DNA of 64,000 nucleotides from Babesia bigemina (Eukaryota): NCBI RefSeq assembly GCF_000981445.1, contig NC_027218.1, positions 3,224,001 to 3,288,000 of the forward strand, read 5' to 3'. Shown piece by piece: positions 12,037 to 23,633 of this stretch (position 1 is its first letter; each line of letters starts with the position of its first letter). The notes under the pieces were generated by a model. It saw only the letters and a program-made list of their open reading frames with translations, ran no database searches and was not told where the DNA came from. The position numbers and the translations under genes were made by a program.

Positions 12037-12953
12037 ACCTCATACTCGTGAAGCGCGGCGACATCAGGGAGGCCGACGGCCACATGTACGTCGACATAAC
12101 GGACAAGCGGCGAATCGCACATCTGCGATACGTGCTGAAGGCGGATGTTGGCAAGGAGTTGAAATTTGGAGTTGTCGGCTCGACGCTGGACTCGGCCACC
12201 GTCACCGCCGTAGACCCGAAGGTCATAACGGTGCGCTTATCCGAAGCGTTTCGCAGGTAGGTGGTGATATAAGGCGTCTACAAAAATAGCTGCAGCCATC
12301 AGCCGCCGCAGCAGCCGGTGGTCGACCTTGTTGTCGGCCTCCCGAGACCCAAGTCGCTGGACAAACTGCTACAGGTATGACAACATTGCACCGGGCACAT
12401 CTGGATGCAGTATGCGGCCAGCATTGGCGTCGCGCGGATCAAGCTTGTCTGCTCCTCGCGGGTCGAGCTGGATTACCTCAAATCGCACCAGCTCGAACCC
12501 GAGAGCATCGAGCACTCACTCATGCTCGGCATGGAGCAGGGGGTGACCACGTTCATGCCCGACATCCAGCTCTTCAAATCCATGGGGGCGCTTCAGCGAG
12601 ACCTCGGCAAGAGTCAGTACAGCCTCCGGATCATCGCGCACCCGGGGACGCCGGAGACGCTGGGATCCCTGCAAATCGTGCAGCACGAGCGCGGGCCCAT
12701 CCTGGTCGCCATCGGCCCCGAGGGCGGCTGGCTCGATCACGAGGTTGATTATTACGAAGGCTTGGGGTTCAGGAAGTTCAACATCGGCGAGCGCATCCTC
12801 AGGGCGGAGGTGGCCGCGGTGGCCATCCTCTCGCAGCTGCAGCTGCTGCTGACTGACCCCACCCTGCGCCGCGGACTACCCCCGGCCACGCGGGGCTGCG
12901 ATCTCGAACCGGACCTCAAAGAGGCACGCGTCATACCGCATGGCAACGACTAA
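12033..12953 (+). CDS. rsmE: RsmE-family SPOUT rRNA (m3U1498-type) methyltransferase
   Basis: VDLVVGLPRPKSLDKLLQ/YAASIGV, VAIGPEGGW, IGERILRAEVAA; introns 12257-12289 and 12375-12410. Confidence 0.92.
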
Positions 12954-13164
12954 TGTGGGCTACATGCCACGTGAGCGTACGGATTCCAAGTGAATCACGT
13001 TGTGAACAACCGGGTGACAAATCACAGGGTCCCCAGAAAAGGGAGACGCACCGCGGTTTTTCTATCTTCACCTTTTGTGAACCATAGCAAGCCTTAATGA
13101 TAGTGATACTCTCGACCTCATGCGTTATTTGACAACGCTTAGGCGCACTTAATGGAAAGCCGCA

Positions 13165-16100
13165 TCAGTGCGGAGCGGCCGGGAGGTAGTCCGCCGCAGT
13201 TTCGACGAAGCCGCTAATGGCCTTGGCAACGAGCGGTTTGCAGGAGCCCTCGCGAGATGCGGCGTAGACGTGGCCCAAATTCACCGACGCCACGCCGTAG
13301 CCCAGCAGCTGCAGCTGGCGCTGCCGCAGCAGTGCGCGGGAGCGTGGCTGGCCATGCGGCACGAAGCAATCCTGCACGGCGTCAACCGGTGAAACAACGG
13401 ACTTACCGTGAAACTCAAAACGTCAAGCACGTGGTTCTCCATCGGGAAAGAGACGCTCACGCGGTAGACATTGGCCACAGTGTGGACGGTCTTGTGCGGG
13501 ATCTTCATCTGCGAACCCATAGACACACCCACAAATCAAAACATACCGATACCAACGTCTCTGACAAGACCGCGTCGTAGTCCAGCTCGAGGGCGCGCTT
13601 TTTGCGAGAGCCGGGCGTCACGGTGAACAGGTCGTCCCTCTGGTAGTCCAGCCACTCAACCAGCGTGTTGTGCACCTCGCTCGAGATCAAGTAACGCTCG
13701 CCGGTGCAGCTGACCACTGCATTAGATTGGGAGTTGTTGGGGTCACCGGGTTCCAACTTGGAGTGGCCATTCGAGGTGTCAGTGTCCACTGGCAAACAAC
13801 GCAGCACATGCAGGGCCACTTGCTGGGCGCTCAGCATGTCCTCCGGCAGGCGCTCGAACACCGGCACGAATCTGGGCAACATGCTCATGAGCAGCGCATC
13901 CTCGCCCAAAACGGCACATGACCACAGCAGACGAATCAGGGAGTCGCTGGCCGAGGGGGTGAATTGCGACTCCGATACGGCACGCAGCCGGTCACGGACC
14001 CAAGCCACGTGCAGGTTGCATTCCATGAGTAGCCATATCGTCTTGGATAGATGGTCCAAAGTCTTAGGGTCAGATAGGTCCAGCTCATCCGGGTCGGAGT
14101 ACGACTCCACCAGCTCGTCGCACAGTGACACCACGCCGTCATCCAAGTAGCCCATGCGAACCAGACAGTAACAGGCGTCTGTGCGCGATATCGGGGACGA
14201 TTCGCTTGCCAGGTAGTCGCCGCTACGCAGCGCGGCCACGCAATTGTGCATCGACGCCATTAGCTCCGGGCTCTTCGACAGCTCTGCCTGGAACACGGCA
14301 AGCTTGCGAGGCGGCAGGCTCGCGCAGGCGGAGATGAATGAACCGAAGGCGTGGTTGCGTTCTGAAGTAGGTAGCTTCGCAGTGCCGAGACGGTTGAGGC
14401 ACGCGGAGAGTTGCTTCGACAAAATCCGTACGCTGGAGTCGCCTTTGGAACCGCCGATGCCCATGCCGCTCAAACACTCAAAGTACGAGGTAATGTGCGA
14501 TATATTGTAGCACTTCCAGCGGCCGACGCGCGCTTCTATCTGCTCAACGAGAGCGTGCTGTAGCTTGTCCAGCGTCGAGATGGTGGCGCGCTCGGTGCAG
14601 TCGCGCTTCAACCGCAGCGCCACCTGGAACAGGAGCAAACAGTCCTCGGCGTACATCTTGCGAACACCGGACGAAACCGCTGTCAGCAGCTGCTTGAGCA
14701 GCGCGGGGGGCACGTGTCCCGCCTCGGTCAAGCCCATCAAGACCTCGACGACGTTCTCGGGGAGCATCAGGTGCACCTTGCCCTCTATGGAGCGGCATAG
14801 CTGGCCGTAGAACCGCTCGTCCGCAACCGAGGAGAACCCGCGCACAATCTTTGCCAGCTGCAGAGGGGTGAACTCGCTGGCCATCAGAAGCGCGCGGTTG
14901 CGCATCTTCTTGAAAAGCGCCTTGTGCGACTCCTCCATGTGCGCAAACGCCGCAACCGCTGCGGCCACGTCGTGAGTTCCCATCTCATCCACGTGGTGCT
15001 GCAACGCGCACGCGAGGTCCTCGAACAGGTCAGGGTCATCAATCTCCGCGTTCACGAACGCCCACGCCACCGTGGTTATGTCACGGCACGTCAAGTGCGA
15101 CACGTGAGCGCGCACTAGCGGAGATATGGTGCACAGGAACACCTCTCTGTCGGCTTCACGCACCTTGGAAAGCGCCCACGCGAGGTGCACCACGTCGTGC
15201 ATGTTGCCGGCGCCGGCGTGCTCCTCCAGAAACTGGCGGATGCGAGCGAACAAAGCTCGGTCGGTGAACCCCAGCGAGGCAAACGACCACGCAATCCCAC
15301 ACAACTGCTGCAACGTGAAGTCGTTCACCACGGCCAGCACCGAGCTGCTTATGCGGCCGAACAGCACCGGGTTACGCACGTTCAGGCGAGCCAGGGCGGT
15401 GGCGATGCACGTGAGGTCGAGGGGGCGCTTGAAGTGGGACACGCGTTCCTGCGCCAGCGCAATGACACGATCACGCAGGTCCACGCTGGTGGCAGTCTTC
15501 ACCGGCAGCTTCGACATTGCGAACAGGCAGCTCGCAAGCTCACTCGGGGTCAGGTCGTTGGCGTGGTTGTTGAGGGTGGCAAGAAGCGCATCCAGCCAAT
15601 TGGGCTGGACACCCAGGCGCACCAACGACCATAGCACGTTGGTTAGACCCTGGCTGTCGAGATCCAGCAAGTGACGTTCGAGCACAGCCAGCAAGCGAGT
15701 GAACGTCTCGTTGCTGGTGAGGCTGTAGCGCGAATACGAGGTCGTGTGACGAGCCAGCCGGTGCAGCGCAGTTGAGGCGTTCACGGCGTTCAACTTGTCC
15801 AGCTTGTCGCCAATAGCAATCAGAATTTGTGATGATGAGCGGCACTTCAAAATCGACTGCTGCAGCACTATATGGGCCGGGTTCATGTTAAGCCAGGTTT
15901 CGGGCTCCAGCTTGGTCTCGGACTCGATCACTGCCGCTGGCGTGGCGGCGTCGATCACGCCAGGCTTGTTGCCGAAAATGCCCTCCACAACTGAACGTTC
16001 AGAATCGTTCAGCAGGTGGTCAAACAACACAGATGGAGCCAGGCTGGCGCGTAGCTTTTCCTCTTCAGGGCTCAAGTTGAGCTCTTTGGCGCTCACGGAT

Positions 16101-17095
16101 ATGCCCTTGCTTCCGTCATCATCGAGGGACACGGCCTCGTAGTACTGGTCACCCGGCAGGTGCAGATCGTTCACCAAAAGGCCTCCTGGCGGGACAGTAG
16201 ACGACGCATGACCCCGATCCATCCAACGGTTGCCACTCAGCGACGTGCCTGCAGTGGCCGGAGCCGCGGCTCCTCCCTTACCGACGCGTACTGGAGCGTT
16301 CTTGTACCCGTCTCCCACCACAGATTGCATACGTTTAGTGTTGGGGTTTGACGCTGGATGTATGTCTGGTGGGCCGCTTTTCTGATCTGGGGATGGCGGG
16401 GCCCGATGGGTAACCGATGAGAGGAACTCAGCTGGTGCCGTAGCGTCATTGCGGTCGACACCACCCACTTCGCGGAAGCTATCGATGTTCACCAAACGGG
16501 AGTCGTTGGCCTCTACAGCATCGAGCGCCTCCACGCACTTCTTGGCCTTCGTAATGGCGCGCTGGGATTCGACGCGGCCCTTGCGGCGGAATTGCATGTT
16601 CCACGTGCTCTCAATTTCGTTCAACTGCTGCCATACTGGTTTGGCGGAGTACATGTCGCCCTCCGTAAATTCGCCGTGACGGAAACGGTCCTTAGACCCG
16701 CTGGACTTGGCCTTGTTGACAAATCGAATGGACGCCGAATGCGTGCTGCCGGCGACGGAGGGGGCCTCGCCCTCATCGTTGCAGTTGCTCAGAAATTCGC
16801 CGTGCAGATCCATAGGAGCCGGTGTACCCGCTTTTGTGGCCGATCTGGTTGACATCAGACGACGGCCAAAGCGTTTCTGGGGCAATGTTCCCGTTGGAAC
16901 ACGGGAACGGCTGACACTGCATATTCCGCGTGCACGGCCATGCGTACATCGCTGGTTGCACGCGGAAACCACACTGTTACCGCTGCAATATCGAGCACAA
17001 CTCATGCCTAGCGGCCTCATTGAGGAGCGGTGACCAAGTCGTAGCTGGACCAGACGCTTTAACAGCGACTGGCAACAACGGTCAACGCGATTCAT
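13165..17095 (-). CDS. large helical-repeat (OPR/HPR-like) protein with C-terminal RAP domain
   Basis: Repeats such as LDSQGLTNVLWSLVRL, LTPSELASCLFAMSKL, FTLQQLCGIAWSFASLG; exons 13407-13508 and 13165-13371 encode a RAP-like LLRQRQLQLLGYGVASV; presequence-like N-terminus. Confidence 0.8.
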
Positions 17096-17341
17096 CCTGG
17101 CACGGTGCACTTGACCTTACAATGCTCGAACGACTCAGCCACAGTGTGTGCCTGACAGATGTGAATAGCACAGTATACCAGGCTACGGATTGTTGGGTGA
17201 TTATTCCACTTTCTCAGTCTTGCATACGAGCAAGAGTAACACCGAATGACGCATGACAGGTGGTAATGAAGGGATCCTTTCCATACAGTCGCGCAATGCC
17301 ACTGCCACTCATTCGTGTCTATTGATGCTGTCACAATTGCG

Positions 17342-17953
17342 TTACACCTGGGAGCCACTGCCCGATCGAGATAAGGGGATCCTGCGACGCAGCTCCTCGA
17401 TCTTCTGCTCCAGTGTCACGTCGTACGGCATGCGCGGGTAGCCAGGGCCGTATTTCTTGCGCATCAACAACCAACGCGTGAAGTCCTCAACCTCGTACGC
17501 TTCCATCAGCTCGACATCGATGCCTTCGGCCGTGAGACGCTCGAACATCTCACGGCGGGGAGGGTAGTCCGGCACCTCGCCGCGCACGTACAGCGGCCAC
17601 CACCCGGACGAAGAGCCTTCTAGCGAGTCAACGAACTTGTCTACATCCAAAATGCCAGCTCGAGAGCACTCTTCGGAGTCAGGGTGGTCGTTTGAGGCGG
17701 GATAGACAGGGGAGGCGTCAGAGGCGGCGCCAGAAAAGGACCTAAATGCGGTCTTCCTCGCTGCAGATGGACGCAGCGGTGCTGTAGAGGGCCAAGAAGG
17801 CGAATTGGAGGAGAATGGATGATGACTTGTGGCGATGCTGGCGAATGTGCGACGACAACCGCGTGGACAACGTGGACGGGGCCCGGGAAAAGAGAGCCTC
17901 AAAAGTGGCTCCAACCTGGCAGGAAAACGCTTGAAAACGATCAAGCGAAACAT
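17342..17953 (-). CDS. hypothetical protein with mitochondrial presequence-like N-terminus (203 aa)
   Basis: MFRLIVFKRFPARL...RRTFASIA is Arg/Ser-rich and acid-poor, followed by a compact globular C-terminal half. Confidence 0.65.
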   Translation of the reverse strand: MFRLIVFKRFPARLEPLLRLSFPGPRPRCPRGCRRTFASIATSHHPFSSNSPSWPSTAPLRPSAARKTAFRSFSGAASDASPVYPASNDHPDSEECSRAGILDVDKFVDSLEGSSSGWWPLYVRGEVPDYPPRREMFERLTAEGIDVELMEAYEVEDFTRWLLMRKKYGPGYPRMPYDVTLEQKIEELRRRIPLSRSGSGSQV

Positions 17954-18120
17954 ATCCCGGATGTGTGGGAGAATACCGTTCTAGACCCGAGAAACGGCTG
18001 CGCCTGGAAGGGAGGCACGCGACCACGCAGACACTGTAAGGCGACTCAGTGGAGCGCGGTGGGCGCGACTCCAGGACCCCGCGCCGCAACTGCGGAACAC
18101 TACATCGCAAATATGGCTCG

Positions 18121-18702
18121 ATGAAACGAGCGGCCGACGAACAGACGCTCAAGGAGCAGCCGACGGAAGGTAAGCTGCGCCGCGGCACCTAGTCACGCCA
18201 CGCAGAAAGGGTCGTCCCGCCGGCCAAGCCGCTGCTGCCGGAGGAGCTGGAGCTCGTGGGCATACACCGCGACATCACGCAGCACCTGCTCAGCAGCGTC
18301 GCCCCGGACAACGGCTACAGCTTCGTGAAGCTCGGCCTTCCGTCGCTCGAGTACTCCCTGCCGGAAGGCGCAGACGATGTCGACTACGACGCGCAGTACG
18401 CCAGGCTGCGCGACATGATCGACGTCACGCTCTTCCCGGACGAGCTGCTGCAGGCGGAGTACGTCAGCGCGGGCGCCGACAGCGCCGGGCACGAGGTCAC
18501 CGACGTCAAGCAAGCCATCAGGAAGATCGACGAGGTCATGGAGCGCGAGGCCAAGTACGTGGAGGAGGAGGAGGACCCCAAGGCCGCAAACGAACGACCC
18601 GACGACGCCATGGAGGTGGACACCAGCATGTACAACGACAACGACGACCAGCTCGTCGGCGACTACCACTACTCGTTCTGCGAGGAGGACGACGCCTTCT
18701 AG
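18121..18702 (+). CDS. RNA polymerase III subunit RPC31/RPC7-like
   Basis: Intron 18170-18205; PPAKPLLPEELELV, central LFPDEL motif and acidic tail ending DYHYSFCEEDDAF resemble the C31 family. Confidence 0.55.
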
Positions 18703-18744
18703 GTTATAACAACGCCGCATTACTAATATCGCAATTAAACGGTT

Positions 18745-21700
18745 TTATAGCTTGAGCAGCGACAGCAGGCGCTGCAGCAGCAGAGCCTCCTCGTTGCCCT
18801 TGTTGGCCACGCACTCGTCCAGCATCGCCAGGGCCGCACCCAGCGTGTCCGTGCTTGGCGCCCAGTCGTAGCTGCTCAGGATCGCCATCAGGCTGGAGCG
18901 CGCGTACGTGCGCAGCGTAGGGTACTTGTGGCAAATGTAGCCCAGCATCGCCCGCAGCGCAGTGCGAGCGGCGCGACGGTCGCGGATGGTGGAGTGCGCG
19001 GCGTGCAGGCACTTGTAGATGCTCTTCAGGTAGCCGTAGTTGGTGGCAGTGCCAGCTTCTTTCGCCAAAAGGTCGACCATCTCGGTGGTGGGCACGATCA
19101 GGCGGTGGAGAAGGAAGGTGCGAGCAGCTGAGACCACGCGAGTGGACAGCTTGTAGTTCTTATCCCGGATGCCCTCCCTATAAACCTCCAGCACGTACCG
19201 CAGCAGCAGCTCGTGCAACTCCACCCAGTCGCCGTGAGGCGCGCGCACAATCTGGCGCTGATGGGCGCGGATGAACTCGATGATGACGTCGGAGACCGTG
19301 CGCCGGTTCCACGTCTCCTGGATGGCCATGCCGCCCAGCACCTGGAACAGCGCCCGCATCACGACGGACGAAAAACTGGGCAAATACAGCATCCACATGA
19401 ACTGGTCGAAGCAAAGGGGTGATAGGGCGTAGCCAGGTAGACGCAGCGAAATGTTGCCCTGTGCTTTGGGCGGTGCGTCTGACCCCTCCATGCTATCCGA
19501 CGACAAGCTCAGCACCAGCTCCTGCAGGTCGAACGTGTGTACCACCTGCCAGTTTATGTTGTGAGCAATGGCGGATATCACCGGAGCTTCCGGGCCACTC
19601 ATGAACGCGCAGTCGTCGAAGAAACGGTCGTGGTCGCACGAGTAGGACGTGCCGAAGCCGCGGAAGATGGCACGCTTGATAGCAGAGTCAGCGGCCGTGC
19701 GAAACACGTTAACGCCCTCCAAATTGTCGTCTTGCGACATGTGGCTGGCGCTATCGCTGTTGGCGGAATCCGACTCCATGCCAGCTGCATAATCCGAGTC
19801 AGTGCAGATGTCACTGCAGGACTGGACTGCTGGAAGCGGGTGGCGAGAGGTGCTGTTGTGGTCTGAAGCGCGAGGATACAAGCCCGGGTCAGACTGGGTT
19901 GGTCGCAGCTCGCCGGCAAACAGGCACTTGGATACGTGCTCCACAGCGGAAGCGGTGTCCATGCACGACACGGGGAACGTACCGCGACGCGCTATCTCGT
20001 ACTCGTAACGAGCGCCGTAAAACACGCGCTGCCATACCCACTCCACCTTGAAGTGGAAGGTCGCGCCGAAGATATGCGCAAACAAGAAGGTCGCACGAGC
20101 ACGGGTGTGATCCATGGGTTCAAGGCAGACGCCAACCAAGCATTTGACCAACCGTTGAACGTGCGCATCACTGAGTTTGTGTAACATACCGTGATCCTCC
20201 TGCTGAAGCACCTTGCACTGCTTTAAGAAGAAAATATATGCGATAACTTCGATGCTGACCTCACGCACCCACGAACCCACATCACCGCGGCTGTCAACCT
20301 CAGAGTCGCAGCATCCAAACTCCAGCGACGACACGATGCGCTCGATTATAGGCGCGGAGAGCTTGACCTTGGCGCACAATTTAAGCAGGCGCACCAGCGA
20401 AATTATCGCGTGCTGCCGGGTTTGAGCGTCCTTTATGGCGCTGTTGCCGCTGTTGGTCAGCACCTCCTGGCACAACGCCTCCAACAACGACTCGCAGTTG
20501 GCCTCGCACAGGCGTTCGGGAACGGATCCCAGCGCCAAGGCGTAACCACGACGAGCTGCTATGTTGTCGTTGTGGTTCGCAAGCGAATGGAGCAGGTAAT
20601 CCATCATGCAAGTGGCCTTCGGATAATCCATGATGCACAACATCTCGAAAATCTCGCTCAGGCATTCCGCGGCAGATATCTGCACGTCGAGCGTGAAGCT
20701 ACGCACGCAGTCCTTCACAATCACAATGTAGACGTCCAGCTCGTTGGGGCCTATCGACAGGCAGTCGTTGAGGCGGACGATGCGGCAGATGAAGTTTATC
20801 AGGCGGCACATCGACTGGCGGATAAGCACGCCGCCCTTTAAGCGGAACAGGCGCTTGCGCTCAAACAGCACTGGAATCTGCTTTATGCTCGAAAATTGGT
20901 CCGATATCAACACGCCGTGGTTAAGCAGGCCCAACAGCACCTCGGTCAAAGCGCATAGGGAACCGTGCATCACGCCCAACGTCGTCGAGAATACGTTCGC
21001 AAGACAGTGCTCCACAATTTCCAGGTACACGGGACGGCCGTTGCGGGTCGCCAGTTGGCTGTTGGGCGAGTCGATCAGTGCCAGGGATATCCGGCCCAAA
21101 GCCGTTGCCGCGTAACGGCGGGTGGTGATGTCGGGGTGGTGCAGCTTCGTCTTCATCAAGTTGTCGATCATCGATATCGTGTAGAATCCCAGCTTGGAAA
21201 TCGCAAACGACACGTTGACGAAGGCGTTACGGCGGTTGGAGACGGTATAGTAGTCCGCCAAAACGATAAGGTCGAGACCGTGCGCGACGTTACCCACGCG
21301 ACCCACCAGTTCTTGCAGTGCCGCGCACGCAGCGCGACGGCAATTGATGGAGATGTCGAACAGAGCCATGTTGACCAGCGACTTGCTCATCGGGATCAGG
21401 TGCGACGGCTGGATCAACGTGCTCGCAAAGTTGCGCACTATCGCCCAGCAGATATAGCAGGACGCATCGCGAACCGCGGTGCCGGCAGAACCCTTGCCCC
21501 GCCACACGTCGAAATCCAACGTCAGCACCACGCAATCCAGCACGCGGTCAAGCATGTGCGGATGCAAAATACCGCCGCGGATGATCTCCGCTATGGCAAG
21601 GCAACTGCCGTGCACGGGCGCCTCCCCCTTGGTGAAGCAATGGCGAACGGTGTCATACTGGTTCTGGATTATCTGCAGCACGTGCTCGATTATCTGGTCG

Positions 21701-23364
21701 TTGAAACACATCGGCAGCTTGGCAGAAATACGCCCGATTGACTTGGCGGAAGCCCAACGCACGCGGATGTCGCTGTCGACCAACGTGCCCAGCAGCTGCT
21801 CCACAATGCCTTCAACGCGCTCATCCATCTCAAAATCAACATCACCCGACTCGGGCTCCTCCGGCACGCTATCTGACTCCATGAACTTCCGACACAGGCG
21901 ACGGTACCGCTGCGATGACGAGTGCGGAGGAAGAAGGTGCACGGCCAAACGGCCCAGGCACGCCGCCTTTAGCTTACGGCACGCTGATGACGACGGCGAC
22001 CACGATTGGTCCAACAAACACGCTGTAAACCTAGGAAGGTGAAGACGCAGATCGTCACGAGACATGCGCTTCAACATCTGCTTCAAAACCGTCATCACGC
22101 CGATTTGGCCGTGGTCGTTGCTTCCCAAATGTGCCACGGGCCTATCCGGAGAGGACGGGGCGGTGCTTGCATCTTGCACCGCGGAATCGCCCATATTAAC
22201 GGCGGCATCTATGCGAGTTGACGGCAGTGTGGGGCTCGCAAAGAGGTCATCTCCAGAGTCCGGACTGGCGGCCGGCGTGGCCTGAGCACCACCACGACCT
22301 GGTGAAGGTACAATGTTACCGTTGGCATCCGCTGCAGCTGCTCCAGATGGTTTTTTAGCACCAGACGTTGATTGTGATCCCGGAAGATTGGCGGAAGAAC
22401 CTGACGTGAGCACGTAGGTGCAGTGGGACATGAAACGGTCAACCTCCACGTCGCTCACATCGGGGCGGGCAAACAACGTGGACAGCACAATAGCCGCGGC
22501 GTCACGTGCCTTCGTAGACAGCACCAAGTAGTGCATTGATACGCCCAAAATGCGACCCTGCAACGTGATCCCACTCCCGTCTCCCGCATGCCATATGGTG
22601 CCCAGATCGAACGGGGTGTACACCAGAAGAGACAGCCAAGCCAGGCACACGTACTCCATGCACCACCGCTTGTTATCGTACTTCATATCGCCTCCGATGC
22701 GGCCGTGGGATTGCAGGTATTCGATCAGCACAACCAGCGGAACCAAGAACCGCACCTCGTTGGGTGCGCAACCCACAACACGCCGCAAGCCGACCACCTT
22801 GGCCACGTTGTAAATGTGGTAGCACACGAACTCCAGGGAAATCAGGGAGTCGCGTTTTTCGTCCGACGGCCCGCAGCTGAGAACTTCGGCGCAAACTTCG
22901 AAAGGGAGCTCCACGAAACCACGCAACAAGTCAAACGCGGTACTCACCAGAGCCTCTATATGAGGATAGAGCAGAGTCGGAGAGTGCATATATCGGCCCA
23001 CGAGCTCCTCCAAATCCGACGTTACGGTCACCAGAGATGACAACGCGGTGCCGCGCTGGCATTCCGGCTCGGCGGACGAAATCGACAGGGACCTCGACTT
23101 GACGACACATTGTAACGCATTCGGTGTATATGCAGACAACGTGCCGGTATTGGCCCCGGCGTCGGACTCGATGGAATCAGCTCGTCTCCCATAGGCCTCG
23201 GCGGCCGTGGCACCTCCAGCGGCGGTGCCCTTGCCTAGCGACGACGGAGCGCTGCCGCCTAGCAGCAGAAAACGACAGTAGCTGTCGAGATCTTTTACCA
23301 AGCGAGCCGCCTCTTCGCTCTCGGAGAAATATACAAGGGTGTGCTGCACATGGTCGAACTCCAT
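18745..23364 (-). CDS. TBCD: tubulin-specific chaperone D
   Basis: VRWASAKSIGRIS, VRDASCYICWAIVR, ALFDISINCRRAACAALQELVGR, DSRGDVGSWVRE. Confidence 0.95.
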   Translation of the reverse strand: MEFDHVQHTLVYFSESEEAARLVKDLDSYCRFLLLGGSAPSSLGKGTAAGGATAAEAYGRRADSIESDAGANTGTLSAYTPNALQCVVKSRSLSISSAEPECQRGTALSSLVTVTSDLEELVGRYMHSPTLLYPHIEALVSTAFDLLRGFVELPFEVCAEVLSCGPSDEKRDSLISLEFVCYHIYNVAKVVGLRRVVGCAPNEVRFLVPLVVLIEYLQSHGRIGGDMKYDNKRWCMEYVCLAWLSLLVYTPFDLGTIWHAGDGSGITLQGRILGVSMHYLVLSTKARDAAAIVLSTLFARPDVSDVEVDRFMSHCTYVLTSGSSANLPGSQSTSGAKKPSGAAAADANGNIVPSPGRGGAQATPAASPDSGDDLFASPTLPSTRIDAAVNMGDSAVQDASTAPSSPDRPVAHLGSNDHGQIGVMTVLKQMLKRMSRDDLRLHLPRFTACLLDQSWSPSSSACRKLKAACLGRLAVHLLPPHSSSQRYRRLCRKFMESDSVPEEPESGDVDFEMDERVEGIVEQLLGTLVDSDIRVRWASAKSIGRISAKLPMCFNDQIIEHVLQIIQNQYDTVRHCFTKGEAPVHGSCLAIAEIIRGGILHPHMLDRVLDCVVLTLDFDVWRGKGSAGTAVRDASCYICWAIVRNFASTLIQPSHLIPMSKSLVNMALFDISINCRRAACAALQELVGRVGNVAHGLDLIVLADYYTVSNRRNAFVNVSFAISKLGFYTISMIDNLMKTKLHHPDITTRRYAATALGRISLALIDSPNSQLATRNGRPVYLEIVEHCLANVFSTTLGVMHGSLCALTEVLLGLLNHGVLISDQFSSIKQIPVLFERKRLFRLKGGVLIRQSMCRLINFICRIVRLNDCLSIGPNELDVYIVIVKDCVRSFTLDVQISAAECLSEIFEMLCIMDYPKATCMMDYLLHSLANHNDNIAARRGYALALGSVPERLCEANCESLLEALCQEVLTNSGNSAIKDAQTRQHAIISLVRLLKLCAKVKLSAPIIERIVSSLEFGCCDSEVDSRGDVGSWVREVSIEVIAYIFFLKQCKVLQQEDHGMLHKLSDAHVQRLVKCLVGVCLEPMDHTRARATFLFAHIFGATFHFKVEWVWQRVFYGARYEYEIARRGTFPVSCMDTASAVEHVSKCLFAGELRPTQSDPGLYPRASDHNSTSRHPLPAVQSCSDICTDSDYAAGMESDSANSDSASHMSQDDNLEGVNVFRTAADSAIKRAIFRGFGTSYSCDHDRFFDDCAFMSGPEAPVISAIAHNINWQVVHTFDLQELVLSLSSDSMEGSDAPPKAQGNISLRLPGYALSPLCFDQFMWMLYLPSFSSVVMRALFQVLGGMAIQETWNRRTVSDVIIEFIRAHQRQIVRAPHGDWVELHELLLRYVLEVYREGIRDKNYKLSTRVVSAARTFLLHRLIVPTTEMVDLLAKEAGTATNYGYLKSIYKCLHAAHSTIRDRRAARTALRAMLGYICHKYPTLRTYARSSLMAILSSYDWAPSTDTLGAALAMLDECVANKGNEEALLLQRLLSLLKL

Positions 23365-23633
23365 CGCGAACGACAGGATTCCATACGAACACGCACAGCG
23401 ACACACAATAATAACATAGCAACGCCCCGAGCAAGCGTTACCTATCCATCAGCCGAATTTCTTGCCGGAAACACAACCATGCGTCGCCACAAAAAGCAAC
23501 AAGGAGTGGCGGCGCTTAGCCGGCACAGAACAGGAAAGACAAACAAGACGTCTCCAATTATTATAATATCGTAAATGCTAACTACTTTTGGAACAGATTA
23601 CTACTGAGTGAGGAATCCGCAGCGCTAACGGCA

